Source: an uncultured Deferribacteres bacterium (GTDB lineage: Bacteria; Zhuqueibacterota; JdFR-76; BMS3Abin05). From it: 64,000 nucleotides of DNA. Location: positions 134-64,133 of the forward strand of contig CAZMRE010000001.1 in NCBI GenBank assembly GCA_964568545.1. The letters run 5' to 3'. Below, in pieces: positions 1 through 9,962 of this stretch (positions are counted from its first letter, which is position 1; the number at the start of each line of letters is the position of its first letter). Below the pieces are notes generated by a model. It had not been told where the DNA came from. It did not search any database and saw only the letters and a list, made by a program, of their open reading frames with translations. Made by a program: the position numbers and the translations under genes.

Positions 1-1
1 C

Positions 2-181
2 TTTGATTACATCACAAAACCGGTTAATCTGGATGAACTGCGCATCAAGATCGACCGGGGGCTGGAACGGGCACGAATGAATCAATCCATGAATTTCCTC
101 AAAAGCATCAATTGGTCGCTGCTGATCTCGATTCCCATTTGGCTCATTCTGGGCATTATTCTGGCCAAGCTACTGCGATAA
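2..181 (+). CDS. 3' end of a CheY-like receiver-domain protein with a C-terminal hydrophobic helix; the 5' end lies outside the window
   Basis: The frame is open from the window edge to TAA at 179-181. It reads FDYITKPVNLDELRIKIDRGLERA (the conserved K-P and last helix of receiver domains), then WSLLISIPIWLILGIILAKLL, a hydrophobic stretch of about 20 residues. Confidence 0.6.
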   Translation, partial: FDYITKPVNLDELRIKIDRGLERARMNQSMNFLKSINWSLLISIPIWLILGIILAKLLR

Positions 182-270
182 TTTCAAACGCCGTTTGCTT
201 TTGCGATTGTCTTTCGTGATTTAAATCCTTTACCGGCCGTGTAACGGGCATTTAACTTACCTCAACACGC

Positions 271-1272
271 TTACGGAATTTCTAGAACAGCCGCTCCGTT
301 TATCTTGCTTTCCTTAACCAATTGAAGGGCCTTGTTGGCGTCTTTCAACGGAAAAACAGAAATTTCCGTGTGAATGGGGATTTCAGCCGCAATTTTCAAC
401 AATTCTTCCGCATCCTGACGAGTAGCATTGGCCACACTGCGAACCGTTCGTTCATAATAAAGAAGATTGTTGTAATCTATTTCGGGGATTGGCGTCATGT
501 AGATGCCTGCCAGAGCCAACGTACCACCCTTGTCCAGAACGCGAAGCGCTTCTGGAACAAGAGTGCCGGCAGGAGCGAAAATAATAGAGCTATCCATTTT
601 GGCAGGCGGTGTATCCTCAGCTCGTCCGGCCCATTTGGCACCCAATTGCAACGCCAGTTTCTGATGCTCCTCACTGCGCGTGAAGACGTACACATCGCAC
701 CCCCAATGAACCGCAATTTGAATGATTACGTGGGCAGTGGCCCCAAATCCGTACATGCCGAAATTTTGACCCGGTTTAAGCTCGCTTAATTTGAGCGCCC
801 GATATCCGACAACCCCCGCGCACAGCAGAGGAGCCGCCTGAAAATCCGGAAATCCCTCCGGCAAAAAATACGCAAAATCCTGATGAATAATGTGGTACTG
901 CGCGTAGCCTCCATCCACGTGATACCCTGTAAATTTTGCCTGATTACAGAGATTTTCCCGACCCGACGTGCAATATTTGCAGGTACCGCAGGTTGAGTAC
1001 AACCATGGCACTCCCACGCGATCCCCAATTTTGAATCGAGTTACGCCCTTGCCCAGCCGATCTACTGTTCCCACAATTTGATGCCCCGGAATGAGCGGCA
1101 ATTTTGGCAGAGGCAGCTCGCCTTCTACCTCGTGCAAATCGGTGTGGCACACCCCGCAGGCCCTAATCCGAATCCGAATTTCGCCGGGACCCGGCGTGGG
1201 ATCCGGCAAATCCACATATTTCAACGGCTCGGCTTCGATAGGAGCTGGCGCAGAAAACTGCATCGCTTTCAT
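271..1272 (-). CDS. Zinc-dependent alcohol dehydrogenase (medium-chain dehydrogenase/reductase family)
   Basis: 333 aa. It has the catalytic-Zn motif GVCHTDLH, the structural-Zn cysteine cluster CGTCKYCTSGRENLC, and the Rossmann motif GMYGFGATAH. GGAGGA lies 5 nt upstream of the ATG. Confidence 0.85.
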   Translation of the reverse strand: MKAMQFSAPAPIEAEPLKYVDLPDPTPGPGEIRIRIRACGVCHTDLHEVEGELPLPKLPLIPGHQIVGTVDRLGKGVTRFKIGDRVGVPWLYSTCGTCKYCTSGRENLCNQAKFTGYHVDGGYAQYHIIHQDFAYFLPEGFPDFQAAPLLCAGVVGYRALKLSELKPGQNFGMYGFGATAHVIIQIAVHWGCDVYVFTRSEEHQKLALQLGAKWAGRAEDTPPAKMDSSIIFAPAGTLVPEALRVLDKGGTLALAGIYMTPIPEIDYNNLLYYERTVRSVANATRQDAEELLKIAAEIPIHTEISVFPLKDANKALQLVKESKINGAAVLEIP

Positions 1273-1392
1273 TGCAATCCTCCGAATTTTTGGTGAATGG
1301 CTTTTTGAATCCTTATAAATTTATTTCTATTCGATAAATATTTCCAAGAAAAAGAGAAATATTTTTAGTTAACCACCAATTCCCTGTCATGC

Positions 1393-1803
1393 TTAGAACG
1401 ATTTCCACACCCTTGCCAATGAGCGCCCGGGAGCATCGATGTGAATATCCAGAAAATAGCCGATGGGTGTTTCACCAACCGTGTAGCCGGACGCCTCCAG
1501 ACGTTCTTTGGCCCGCCTAAAAACCTCCCGAACCGTCTCTGCCGAAGCCTTGCTTTCCGCCAGGTGCGCAAAAGAATGGAGTACCACATTTTTGGTCTTC
1601 CACTTCCCTGCCAGCCATTTCAGATTCTTAATGACTTTGGTAACCGTGCTTCCAACGGCTTCCGCATCCTTTTCTTCTAGATGTACAAATCCAACCACGG
1701 CATTCTGGAACGAGCCTTCTTCATCCAGATCAGGGACATCTTCCAATCCCTTTGAGGCCGTTTTGTATGAAAAATTATCCATATACCACAATAGTAATTT
1801 CAT
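1393..1803 (-). CDS. Free-standing homolog of the archaeal-type threonyl-tRNA synthetase editing domain (tRNA-Thr_ED, DTD-like fold); putative trans-acting Ser-tRNA(Thr) deacylase
   Basis: 136 aa. The blocks MKLLLWYMDNFSY, VVGFVHLEEKD, NVVLHSFAHLAES and GYTVGETPIGYF match, in the same order and spacing, the blocks I recall from the N-terminal editing domain of Pyrococcus ThrRS (MRVLLIHSDYIEY, LVAFISVEK, VFVYPFAHLS, GFNVGKAPFGYYK). The ATG lies 8 nt after the serA stop, with a GAGG ribosome-binding site. Confidence 0.7.
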   Translation of the reverse strand: MKLLLWYMDNFSYKTASKGLEDVPDLDEEGSFQNAVVGFVHLEEKDAEAVGSTVTKVIKNLKWLAGKWKTKNVVLHSFAHLAESKASAETVREVFRRAKERLEASGYTVGETPIGYFLDIHIDAPGRSLARVWKSF

Positions 1804-1811
1804 TTGAACCT

Positions 1812-2789
1812 CTATTTTAGAATTGCTTCCGGGTTCACCACATTTTCAATCTGTTCTTCTTTGAAGAACTCCACCATCTGCCGGGCCACTTTTGTTGCCA
1901 CCCTGATTTGGGCTTCTACCGTCGATGCCCCGATATGGGGAGTCATAATGACATTCGGCAGTTCGCGCAGGGGACTATCCCTGGGCGGTTCCTTTTCAAA
2001 AACATCCAATGCAGCTCCGGCCACCTGCCCCGATTCCAGTGCCTTGTAGAGCGCTTTTTCGTCAATAATTTCGCCTCGGGCACAATTTATAATTCGGACA
2101 CCCTTTTTGCATTTTGCGAGCGTTTCCTCATTCAGCATGTGATGTGTGTCCTCATTTAACGGCAAGTGAAGCGAAATATAATCCGATTGCACAAGTAATT
2201 CGTTCAACTCCACAATTTTCACGTTGAACGGAACATCCGATTCTGGCCCAAATTTTGGATCGTTGGCAATGACTGTCATCCCAAAGCCGATGCCGCGCTT
2301 GGCCACCTCAACACCAACCATTCCAAGCCCCAGTAACCCCAAGGTTTTACCCATGATTTCATTTCCGCTGAGGCGCTTTTTCCACCATTTTCCCGCCTTT
2401 GTTGAGTTGTTAGCTTCGACCAGGTGGCGTGCCAGCATGAGCATCATGGCCAGAGTTAATTCTGCCACAGAAACGGCATTGGCACCGGGGACATTCATTA
2501 CCGCAATTCCCTTTTCTGTGGCAGCAGCCACGTCGATATTGTCGTAGCCCACGCCCGCTCGTGCAATTAGTTTCAGCCGATTGCCGCTTTCAATGACTTC
2601 GCGTGTCACCTTTACCTTGCTGCGCACAACCATTCCGTCAGCTTCTTTTACGGCTTCCACAATTTCTTCCCGAGGCATTGAGGGGTTAAAAACAACATCA
2701 AAATCCGCCGATTTGAAAATATTAATGCATTCCTGAGGCAAATCATCCGGAATCAAAATTTGAATTTTCTTATCCATTTTATTCTCCAA
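1812..2789 (-). CDS. serA: D-3-phosphoglycerate dehydrogenase, short form without an ACT domain (D-2-hydroxyacid dehydrogenase family)
   Basis: 325 aa. It has the NAD-binding motif GLLGLGMVGVEVA and the catalytic region INCARGEIID...TPHIGAST, next to a class-V aminotransferase gene. Confidence 0.8.
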   Translation of the reverse strand: MENKMDKKIQILIPDDLPQECINIFKSADFDVVFNPSMPREEIVEAVKEADGMVVRSKVKVTREVIESGNRLKLIARAGVGYDNIDVAAATEKGIAVMNVPGANAVSVAELTLAMMLMLARHLVEANNSTKAGKWWKKRLSGNEIMGKTLGLLGLGMVGVEVAKRGIGFGMTVIANDPKFGPESDVPFNVKIVELNELLVQSDYISLHLPLNEDTHHMLNEETLAKCKKGVRIINCARGEIIDEKALYKALESGQVAGAALDVFEKEPPRDSPLRELPNVIMTPHIGASTVEAQIRVATKVARQMVEFFKEEQIENVVNPEAILK

Positions 2790-2853
2790 AAATTATTGAA
2801 ATACGTACTGCTTAAAAAATTTAACTCAATTAACTCGGTGTTACATTGCTACC

Positions 2854-2925
2854 AAAAATATTAACGCCACAAATTCACAATTTTTATTCCGATAAAAATA
2901 CAATTCGGACATTCACGGCCAATTC
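2854..2925 (-). repeat. Interspersed intergenic repeat, family 2, inverted relative to the 55592-55664 copy
   Basis: The reverse complement GAATTGGCCGTGAATGTCCGAATTGTATTTTTATCGGAATAAAAATTGTGAATTTGTGGCGTTAATATTTTT aligns at about 80% identity over about 72 nt with 55592-55664. The last 17 nt (GTGGCGTTAATATTTTT) are identical. It lies between serC and serA. Confidence 0.75.
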
Positions 2926-3045
2926 TATTACCAAAAAACAAAGATTTTTCTGGAAATATTATAAAGTACATCTTTACGTCGGAATAATTCATTATTGTCC
3001 TCACAGACGAAGCACGCACATGGCCTACCATGTTTTTCCAACTTG

Positions 3046-4194
3046 CTATTCCTGAATCATTCGCAAATATGTTTTCTGAAGGGCTAACACGCCTTCGCCG
3101 CCTTTAATCGGCCATCCGACATCCAGCAGAACTTCTTCCAAAATACTGATGGCTGCCAGCATATCCTGAACATCGTAATACCCCAGATGTGAAATGCGAA
3201 AGATTTTCCCCTTTAATTTACCCTGGCCTCCTGCCGCAATAATTCCCTTTTCTTTCAAGCGATTATCAATACCTGCCTCCTGCAAAGAGTCGGGAATTTT
3301 GACAGCCGTGACGGCGTTAGACGGAGAATCGGCTAGCAATTCCAAATCAAGCGCCCGAATTGCGCGTCGCGTTGATTCAGCCAAGATTGCGTGACGTTTC
3401 CAAACGGCTCCCACGCCCTCGGCCTGAATCATTTTCAATGCTTCCAGTAACCCCACAACAAGCGTAACAGCCGGTGTAAATGGCGTGGTTTGATCTTTCA
3501 AAGATTTTCGAGCCTTGCGAAGGTCAAAATAGTACCGCGGCTGCGTAGAGGCTTCTACCGCTTTCCATGCCCGCTGACTGGAAGCAATAAATGCCAGGCC
3601 CGGTGGAAGCATGAGTCCCTTCTGGGAACCTGTAACAACGACATCCACGCCCCAATCATCCATTTTAAGAGGCATGGCTCCAACGGACGTAATGCCATCC
3701 ACAATAATCAGCGCCTCACTTGCATCGTGAATAACCTGGGCCATTTTTTCAAGATCAATCGCGACCCCGGTGGATGTTTCACTGTGCGTTAAAAGAACGG
3801 CTTTGTAATCGGATTTTTTCTGCAATTCTGCACGCATTTCAGCCGGAGTAAATGCCCTCCCCCAGGGAACGGCGATGCGCGTGGCTTTCACGCCATAGAC
3901 GTCACACAGCTCCCCCCACCGTTCGCCAAATTTGCCCCCCTCGATGGTCAAAACCTCGTCACCGGGATTTAAATGGTTGACAACTGCTGCTTCCATGGCT
4001 CCCGTACCGGAGGAGGCCAGCATGTAAACATCTTCTTTTGTCTGAAAAAGCTCCTGCAAAATTTTGGAGGCCTGCATAAAAATATCCGAAAATTCCTTCG
4101 TTCGGTGGTGAAGAATAGGCTCCGCCATCCGATTCGTCACCTTCTCTGGGACCGGCGTTGGCCCCGGTGTAAACAATCGTGCTTTCAAAGTCAT
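3046..4194 (-). CDS. Class-V (AGXT/SerC-like) pyridoxal-phosphate aminotransferase; probably the phosphoserine or serine-glyoxylate aminotransferase of the serine pathway
   Basis: 382 aa. It has FTPGPTPVP at the N-terminus, SSGTGAMEAA, and the PLP-lysine region TGSQKGLMLPPGLA, with serA immediately downstream. GAGGAG abuts the ATG, so the TTG two codons in (at 4188) is an alternative start. Confidence 0.75.
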   Translation of the reverse strand: MTLKARLFTPGPTPVPEKVTNRMAEPILHHRTKEFSDIFMQASKILQELFQTKEDVYMLASSGTGAMEAAVVNHLNPGDEVLTIEGGKFGERWGELCDVYGVKATRIAVPWGRAFTPAEMRAELQKKSDYKAVLLTHSETSTGVAIDLEKMAQVIHDASEALIIVDGITSVGAMPLKMDDWGVDVVVTGSQKGLMLPPGLAFIASSQRAWKAVEASTQPRYYFDLRKARKSLKDQTTPFTPAVTLVVGLLEALKMIQAEGVGAVWKRHAILAESTRRAIRALDLELLADSPSNAVTAVKIPDSLQEAGIDNRLKEKGIIAAGGQGKLKGKIFRISHLGYYDVQDMLAAISILEEVLLDVGWPIKGGEGVLALQKTYLRMIQE

Positions 4195-4815
4195 CTCCTC
4201 TCATTTAATCCGGTTTCGATATACTTTTTGATTTATCTTCAAATTCGAAAATCGCAAAAATAAGTTTCTTCACGAAAATGCGTACATTTTAATCCATTTT
4301 TAAAATGCATTCTAATCACCAAAAAAATCAAATTGAAAAAATACCGGCCCAAAAAATTAGTTGCAAAAATAGGCTCACCCCATTCCACGGAATTACCGTT
4401 TGCCATTTCTTGCTCAAGAAAAAAAGGTTGCTAGTACCATGTGTTTAAAAAGGCAGTCCGCACAATGTGAAAGCTCCTATTTCCAAATCGTCCCTATTTT
4501 CCAGCAATCCATCGGCCCTTGCACCATTTAAAGGCTATTTGAATTTTGCATTCATTTTGCCTTTTTCATTTTACTTTTTTCATTCGTTTCCACTTGCTTA
4601 CTGGATTAAATTACAACATACCTACGCATTATTCGGATGAGCTTAAAATTTTGGGTTAATACCAATTAGCTGCCGGGGAAACTCATTACAATGTCACGAT
4701 CCGCCCCATTTTTACAATGCCTCCGAGGCAGCCTTATTTTGCAATCACCGTTTACCCGCTTCCTATTTTACATGATTTTTGGGGATGTTAGAAAACAAGA
4801 CATCCTTTTCCCAGC

Positions 4816-5406
4816 TCAGGAATTGTCCAGAAATTCATACAGCACCTTCCACAAGATCATTCGTCCGTCCCCGGTTTTGGCAGAAAACGGAATTGCAGGC
4901 GAAACGGTCAATTTCTCTAAATTGGCATTAATTTTCTTGAATTGCTTTGCCTGTTCGTTTCGTGACAGCTTGTCGACTTTTGTGGCAACCACCCGAAATG
5001 AAATCATCACGTGTTTCAGCCACGAAATCATCATTTCATCCAATTCAGTCAGCCCGATGCGGCTGTCCACGATTACAATGGCCCCCCGGAGATTGGACGA
5101 GGCTAAGAGAAACCCCTCAATCAAGGCTTGCCAGCGGCGCTTGGCATCCCTTGAGACTTTCGCAAAGCCGTAGCCCGGCAAATCCACCAGATAAAATTGC
5201 TCATCTATCAGGAAAAAATTGAGGCTTCGCGTTTTGCCAGGTGTGGAACTGATCTTTGCCAATTTTTTTTGATTGAGCATTGCATTGATGAGGGACGATT
5301 TTCCGACATTTGATCGTCCGGCAAATGCAATTTGCGGAAAGCCATCACCCGGCAAATCTTTCAAATCATGCACACTTTTTACAAATCTTGTTTGGTGATT
5401 TTTCAT
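4816..5406 (-). CDS. engB: Ribosome-biogenesis GTPase YihA/EngB
   Basis: It has the G1 motif GRSNVGKSSLIN, the G3 motif DLPGYG and the G4 motif ATKVDK. The start is set at the internal ATG (MKNHQTRF) because the 52-codon upstream extension of the ORF covers the lon terminator region and is not protein-like. Confidence 0.85.
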   Translation of the reverse strand: MKNHQTRFVKSVHDLKDLPGDGFPQIAFAGRSNVGKSSLINAMLNQKKLAKISSTPGKTRSLNFFLIDEQFYLVDLPGYGFAKVSRDAKRRWQALIEGFLLASSNLRGAIVIVDSRIGLTELDEMMISWLKHVMISFRVVATKVDKLSRNEQAKQFKKINANLEKLTVSPAIPFSAKTGDGRMILWKVLYEFLDNS

Positions 5407-5519
5407 TATGAATTTCCAGCCAAACTGAGGACTGAATTCCAAAGCCGAGATGAAATCAACTTTATGTCCAGGCTGCGCCGAAAATATTCTTAAACCACAA
5501 CGCAGCAAACCCCAATTAA

Positions 5520-5536
5520 AAAAATAGTAACGCCAC
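5520..5536 (-). repeat. Partial copy (17-nt core) of the family-2 repeat
   Basis: The minus strand reads GTGGCGTTACTATTTTT, a 16/17 match to the identical 17-mers at 2854-2870 (minus) and 55648-55664 (plus). It sits just downstream of the lon terminator and upstream of engB. Confidence 0.5.
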
Positions 5537-5552
5537 GGACTCAGGTTAATAT

Positions 5553-5581
5553 AAAAAAGCACTCACCTAAGCGGAGAGTGC
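5553..5581 (-). terminator. Rho-independent terminator after lon
   Basis: The minus strand reads GCACTCTCC-GCTTA-GGTGAGTGC (9-bp stem with one mismatch) followed by TTTTTTAT. It starts 44 nt after the lon stop. Confidence 0.7.
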
Positions 5582-5624
5582 ATTCCTTAAATTGTGACAG
5601 GTACCTGATTGTTTGTTTACGATC

Positions 5625-8000
5625 TCAAGAGGTACCTGCCTCTTGAGAAATGGAAAAACCATCCCTCATAGCAAATCTCAACACATCGTCCATGTTTTTA
5701 ATGAATTTTATTTCCAGGTCTTTTTTGATTTTCTGCGGAACCTCTGTCAAATCCTTTTTATTTTGAGCGGGAACCAGTACCGTTTTTATCCCCGCCCGTC
5801 TGGCAGCCAGCAGTTTTTCGTTCAAGCCGCCAATAGGCAGTACGTGGCCCCGAAGCGTAATCTCACCGGTCATGGCTATCTTTCGACAAATAGGCTTGCG
5901 CGTAATCGCAGAAACCATCGCCAGCGCCATCGTGACGCCCGCAGATGGGCCGTCTTTGGGAATAGCACCCTCGGGTACGTGAACGTGAATTTCGTGATCC
6001 TGGAAGAATTTCGGATCAATTCCGAGACGCTTGGCATTGGATCGAATGTAGCTCAGTGCAGCCTGAGCCGATTCCTTCATCACATCCCCAAGATGCCCGG
6101 TTAAAGTCAGGCCCGATTTTCCATCCATGGGCGTTGCTTCAATCATTAAAATATCACCGCCGAACTCCGTCCATGCAAGCCCCACCGCGGCGCCGATCAG
6201 CTCCTCATCTTCAATCGACTTTTCCGGAATTTTAGGTACACCCAGGTAATCTTCCAAATTCTTGGTGGTAATGGCGTAAAAGGTTTTATTTGGATTTGAG
6301 ACAATCTTGCGGGCTACCTTACGGCAAATGGTGGAAATGCTTCTTTCCAGATTGCGAACGCCCGCTTCTCTGGTATATTCCCTGATAATGAGTAAAATTG
6401 CCTGGTCAGAAATCCGAATGTTTTTATCACGCAATCCGGTTTCTTTCATCTGTTTGGGCAGAAGAAATTGCTTGGCTATTTCCAGCTTGTCGTATTCCAT
6501 GTAGCCCGGCAGCTCGATGATTTCCATTCGATCTAAAAGCGGCGGCGGAATATTGTATCGCACATTGGCAGTCGTAATGAACATGACTTCCGACAGATCG
6601 AATTCCACTTCCAGATAATGGTCGCTGAATGTTTTGTTTTGCTCAGGGTCCAGCACCTCTAGCAAGGCCGCCGAGGGATCCCCCCGAAAATCCATGCTCA
6701 TTTTGTCGATTTCATCCAATAAAAACACAGGGTTTCGGCTGCCTGCTTTTTTGAGCGATTGAATAACTCGACCCGGCATAGAGCCAATATACGTCTTCCG
6801 GTGTCCTCGAATTTCGGCTTCGTCGCGCACCCCGCCCAGGGAAACACGTACAAAATTCCGGCCAATTGCCCGCGCAATGGAGCGCCCCAGCGATGTTTTG
6901 CCCACACCCGGAGGCCCGACCAAACATAGAATGGGCCCTTTGACACGCTTCACCAGTTTCATAACCGCCAGATGTTCCAGCACTCTCTCTTTCGCCTTTT
7001 GCAGCCCATAGTGATCGGAATCGAGCGTTTTTTGAACCCGATCCATATTAAGGCTGTCCCGCGTACGCTTCTTCCAGGGCAGAGCCAGGAGCCAATCCAA
7101 ATAATTTCGGGTAACCGTGTACTCCGGTGACATCGTGGGTGTAAATTTCAGCCGGTCAATCTCTTCAAAAGCTTTTTCACGAACCTCTTTCGGCATACCC
7201 GCCTTTTCGATTTTATCGATCAAAAGCTGAACATCGCCAATAACTTCATCTTCCTCGCCCAGTTCCTGTTTGATCACCCGAAGCTGTTCCTGCAGATAAT
7301 AGCTTCGCTGCGATTTCTGCATGCGATCGCGCACCTTGTCTTCAATGGTGCGTTCGATTTCCAGGATTTCTTTTTCGGATTCCAAAATCCGCGATAGCTC
7401 CACCAGCTCCTTGTTCAAATCCCTTACTTCAAGAAGCTTCTGTTTATCGGATAATTTTTTCGTTACATGAGCAGCAATAAAATCTGCAATCCGCTGCGGG
7501 TTTTCCAGACTTTCTACGGTGAGAACCAGCTCGTCGGGAACATCGCGATTAAGTAAAATGTATTCTTTGAATAGATTTAGCACGTGCCGAAGTCCGGCCT
7601 CAACCGTTGCATCCGATTGAAGTGTTTCCGGAACCAGATCGATTGTGGAACGATAGAAATCTTCCACCTTTAAAAAACGCTTAACACGCGCACGGATAAT
7701 GCCTTCCACCAAGACCTTAATAAGTCCGTTCGGAAGCTTTAAAATCTGTAAAACACGCGCAATAACGCCCACGCGATACAAATCTCTTGCAGAAGGGTTC
7801 TCTTCCTGAATATCTTTCTGAGCCACCAGGAAAATGAGCTTATCCGTCATAAGGGCTTCCTGTAGGGCATGGGTTGAAGACTCCCGCCCCACCAGAAGCG
7901 GGTAAATCATATAAGGAAAAACTACCGTCTCCTTTAACGGAAGTACCGGTAGTTTATCGTTTAATTCAATGGTAATGTCTTCTCGTTTAATTCTTTGCAT
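5625..8000 (-). CDS. lon: ATP-dependent Lon protease (LonA)
   Basis: 791 aa. It has the Walker A motif GPPGVGKTS, the Walker B motif FLLDEIDK, and the protease Ser site [10 protein letters not shown], with a LON N-terminal domain. Confidence 0.95.
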   Translation of the reverse strand: MQRIKREDITIELNDKLPVLPLKETVVFPYMIYPLLVGRESSTHALQEALMTDKLIFLVAQKDIQEENPSARDLYRVGVIARVLQILKLPNGLIKVLVEGIIRARVKRFLKVEDFYRSTIDLVPETLQSDATVEAGLRHVLNLFKEYILLNRDVPDELVLTVESLENPQRIADFIAAHVTKKLSDKQKLLEVRDLNKELVELSRILESEKEILEIERTIEDKVRDRMQKSQRSYYLQEQLRVIKQELGEEDEVIGDVQLLIDKIEKAGMPKEVREKAFEEIDRLKFTPTMSPEYTVTRNYLDWLLALPWKKRTRDSLNMDRVQKTLDSDHYGLQKAKERVLEHLAVMKLVKRVKGPILCLVGPPGVGKTSLGRSIARAIGRNFVRVSLGGVRDEAEIRGHRKTYIGSMPGRVIQSLKKAGSRNPVFLLDEIDKMSMDFRGDPSAALLEVLDPEQNKTFSDHYLEVEFDLSEVMFITTANVRYNIPPPLLDRMEIIELPGYMEYDKLEIAKQFLLPKQMKETGLRDKNIRISDQAILLIIREYTREAGVRNLERSISTICRKVARKIVSNPNKTFYAITTKNLEDYLGVPKIPEKSIEDEELIGAAVGLAWTEFGGDILMIEATPMDGKSGLTLTGHLGDVMKESAQAALSYIRSNAKRLGIDPKFFQDHEIHVHVPEGAIPKDGPSAGVTMALAMVSAITRKPICRKIAMTGEITLRGHVLPIGGLNEKLLAARRAGIKTVLVPAQNKKDLTEVPQKIKKDLEIKFIKNMDDVLRFAMRDGFSISQEAGTS

Positions 8001-8033
8001 AAAACTTTCTTTTCTCGATGAGTAATGGCTCCC

Positions 8034-9278
8034 CTACGCTCGTTTCTTGATTTCTTTTATATTGTAAATGGGTTCTTTTTTCTTGGTGATGACATCTTTT
8101 GTAATAATGCATTCTTTCACCCCCTGGATGTTCGGAAGCTGGAACATAATATCCATCATGGCTTCCTCCATCACCGAGCGAAGTGCCCGTGCGCCTGTTC
8201 CTCGTTTCTGGGCGATTTCCACCACGGCCTTGAGAGCCTCTTTATCAAATGAGAGAGCCACCCCTTCCATTTCAAAAAGGCGCTGGTACTGTTTGGTAAT
8301 GGCGTTCTTCGGACCGGTGAGAATGGTAAGCAAGGCATCCGTTGTTAATTCATCCAGCGCGCTGATTACCGGCAACCGACCGATCAGTTCGGGAATGAGC
8401 CCAAATCGCAGCAAATCCTCCGGTTCAACACGTCGCAAAATTTCGCCGATCTGGCGCTCGGATTTCAGTTTAATATCGGCGCCAAAGCCCATTGATTTCT
8501 TATTTAGCCGGGCTTCAATAATTTTGTCGATTCCCTCAAATGCCCCGCCAACGATAAACAGAATATTTTTTGTGTTGATGTTGATCAGACTTTGCTCGGG
8601 GTGTTTCCGTCCGCCCTTTGGGGGGACGGAAGCAATCGTGCCTTCCAGAATTTTCAGCAAGGCCTGTTGAACTCCCTCTCCGGATACATCCCTGGTAATG
8701 GAAGGATTTCCACCTTTGCGCGCAATTTTGTCAATCTCATCGATGTAGATGATTCCCTTTTCGGCCCGTTCGATGTCGTAATCGGCTGCCTGAAGCAATC
8801 GCACCAGAATATTCTCGACATCCTCTCCCACATACCCGGCCTCCGTTAGGGTGGTGGCATCGGCAATGGTAAATGGAACCTGAAGAAAACGAGCCAGTGT
8901 TTGAGCCAACAGTGTTTTTCCGGTACCCGTGGGGCCAATCAATAAAATATTGCTTTTTTCAAGCTCATCATCTTCGTAATAATCCTGAGAAGCCACCCGT
9001 TTGTAGTGGTTGTAAACAGCCACCGAAAGTGTCTTTTTGGCCTGATCTTGCCCGATGACGTAATTATCTAATTCAGCTTTTATTTCGGCAGGCGTCGGAA
9101 TATTTTTGCGTTCAGAAATCGTCCGCCGCATTAAATCATTTTTCAAAATCTCCATGGCATTGTACACGCATTCATTGCAAATGTACACGCCGGGCCCGGT
9201 GATTATTGCTTCCACCTGATTGGAATTTTTGCCACAAAATGAGCAAATGTAGACTTTTTCGCGTTTTGTATTGGCCAT
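8034..9278 (-). CDS. clpX: ATP-dependent Clp protease ATP-binding subunit ClpX
   Basis: It has the zinc-finger motif CSFCGK...CNEC, Walker A GPTGTGKT and Walker [10 protein letters not shown]. The ATG at 9278 is preferred over the GTG at 9293, which shares 1 nt (9293) with the clpP stop codon. Confidence 0.93.
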   Translation of the reverse strand: MANTKREKVYICSFCGKNSNQVEAIITGPGVYICNECVYNAMEILKNDLMRRTISERKNIPTPAEIKAELDNYVIGQDQAKKTLSVAVYNHYKRVASQDYYEDDELEKSNILLIGPTGTGKTLLAQTLARFLQVPFTIADATTLTEAGYVGEDVENILVRLLQAADYDIERAEKGIIYIDEIDKIARKGGNPSITRDVSGEGVQQALLKILEGTIASVPPKGGRKHPEQSLININTKNILFIVGGAFEGIDKIIEARLNKKSMGFGADIKLKSERQIGEILRRVEPEDLLRFGLIPELIGRLPVISALDELTTDALLTILTGPKNAITKQYQRLFEMEGVALSFDKEALKAVVEIAQKRGTGARALRSVMEEAMMDIMFQLPNIQGVKECIITKDVITKKKEPIYNIKEIKKRA

Positions 9279-9292
9279 CACCACAATCTCCA

Positions 9293-9901
9293 CTATTTTT
9301 TCTTTTTCTGGCTTTTCGATGATTTCTTGGTCAGAATCTCATCAATTAGACCATATTCTTCTGCCTCTTCGGGCGACATGAAATAATTGCGATCTGTGTC
9401 TTTCTCAATTTTTTCAATCGATCGTCCTGTGTGAAATGAAAGAATTTCATTCAATTTTTGGCGGAGGGTCAAAATTTCCCTGGCATGAATTTCAATGTCG
9501 GATGCCTGCCCCTGAGCACCACCCAAGGGCTGATGAATCATAATTCGGGAGTGCGGAAGTGCCGAGCGTTTCCCCTTGGCGCCCGCGGCCAAAAGCACGG
9601 CTCCCATGCTTGCTGCCTGCCCCATACAAATAGTGGCCACATCCGGCTTAATGTACTCCATCGTGTCGTAAATAGCCAAACCGGCTGAAACATAGCCTCC
9701 CGGCGTATTCAGATACAAAAATATGTCCTTCTCGGGGTCTTCTGCCTCCAAAAACAGTAACTGGGCAATGGTTAAACTTGCAAGCGCATCATCAATTGGA
9801 GACCCAATAAAAATGATCCGTTCCTTTAAAAGTCTGGAGAATATGTCAAAGGCTCGTTCGCCGCGGCCTGTCTGCTCGATAACAATTGGAACTAATCCCA
9901 T
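9293..9901 (-). CDS. clpP: ATP-dependent Clp protease proteolytic subunit ClpP
   Basis: 202 aa. It has the catalytic Ser in GQAASMGA and the His in MIHQPLGG, in the classic tig-clpP-clpX order. Confidence 0.95.
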   Translation of the reverse strand: MGLVPIVIEQTGRGERAFDIFSRLLKERIIFIGSPIDDALASLTIAQLLFLEAEDPEKDIFLYLNTPGGYVSAGLAIYDTMEYIKPDVATICMGQAASMGAVLLAAGAKGKRSALPHSRIMIHQPLGGAQGQASDIEIHAREILTLRQKLNEILSFHTGRSIEKIEKDTDRNYFMSPEEAEEYGLIDEILTKKSSKSQKKKK

Positions 9902-9962
9902 AAAAACACCCTTTTCTCTAACGATTTGTTACTTTTGGAAAAATCAGTCTCAACTATTTAAA

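Noticed and set aside
4776-4815. The hairpin GGATGT...ACATCC just after the engB stop, as a candidate terminator.
   Set aside because: On the engB (minus) strand it is followed by CCAAAAA rather than a U-tract. Only the plus-strand orientation looks terminator-like, and no plus-strand gene ends there.
4691-5173. A 160-aa plus-strand ORF reaching into the 4195-4815 gap.
   Set aside because: Most of it is antisense to engB. It has no ribosome-binding site, and the sequence is not protein-like.
5407-5562. An N-terminal extension of the engB ORF, with similar long-ORF starts at 26335-26427 (pgpH), 28763-28846 (lipoprotein), 39145-39330 (TPR protein) and 54141-54176 (ppx).
   Set aside because: The extensions overlap upstream genes, terminators or promoters and translate to implausible peptides. 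Internal starts with good ribosome-binding sites or signal peptides fit better.
5623-5648. A perfect 10-bp hairpin, TCTCAAGAGG-TACCTG-CCTCTTGAGA, spanning the lon stop codon, plus a nearby CAGGTACCTG palindrome.
   Set aside because: No U-tract follows it on the coding strand, and a much better terminator follows at 5553-5581. It is probably incidental or only a minor structural element.
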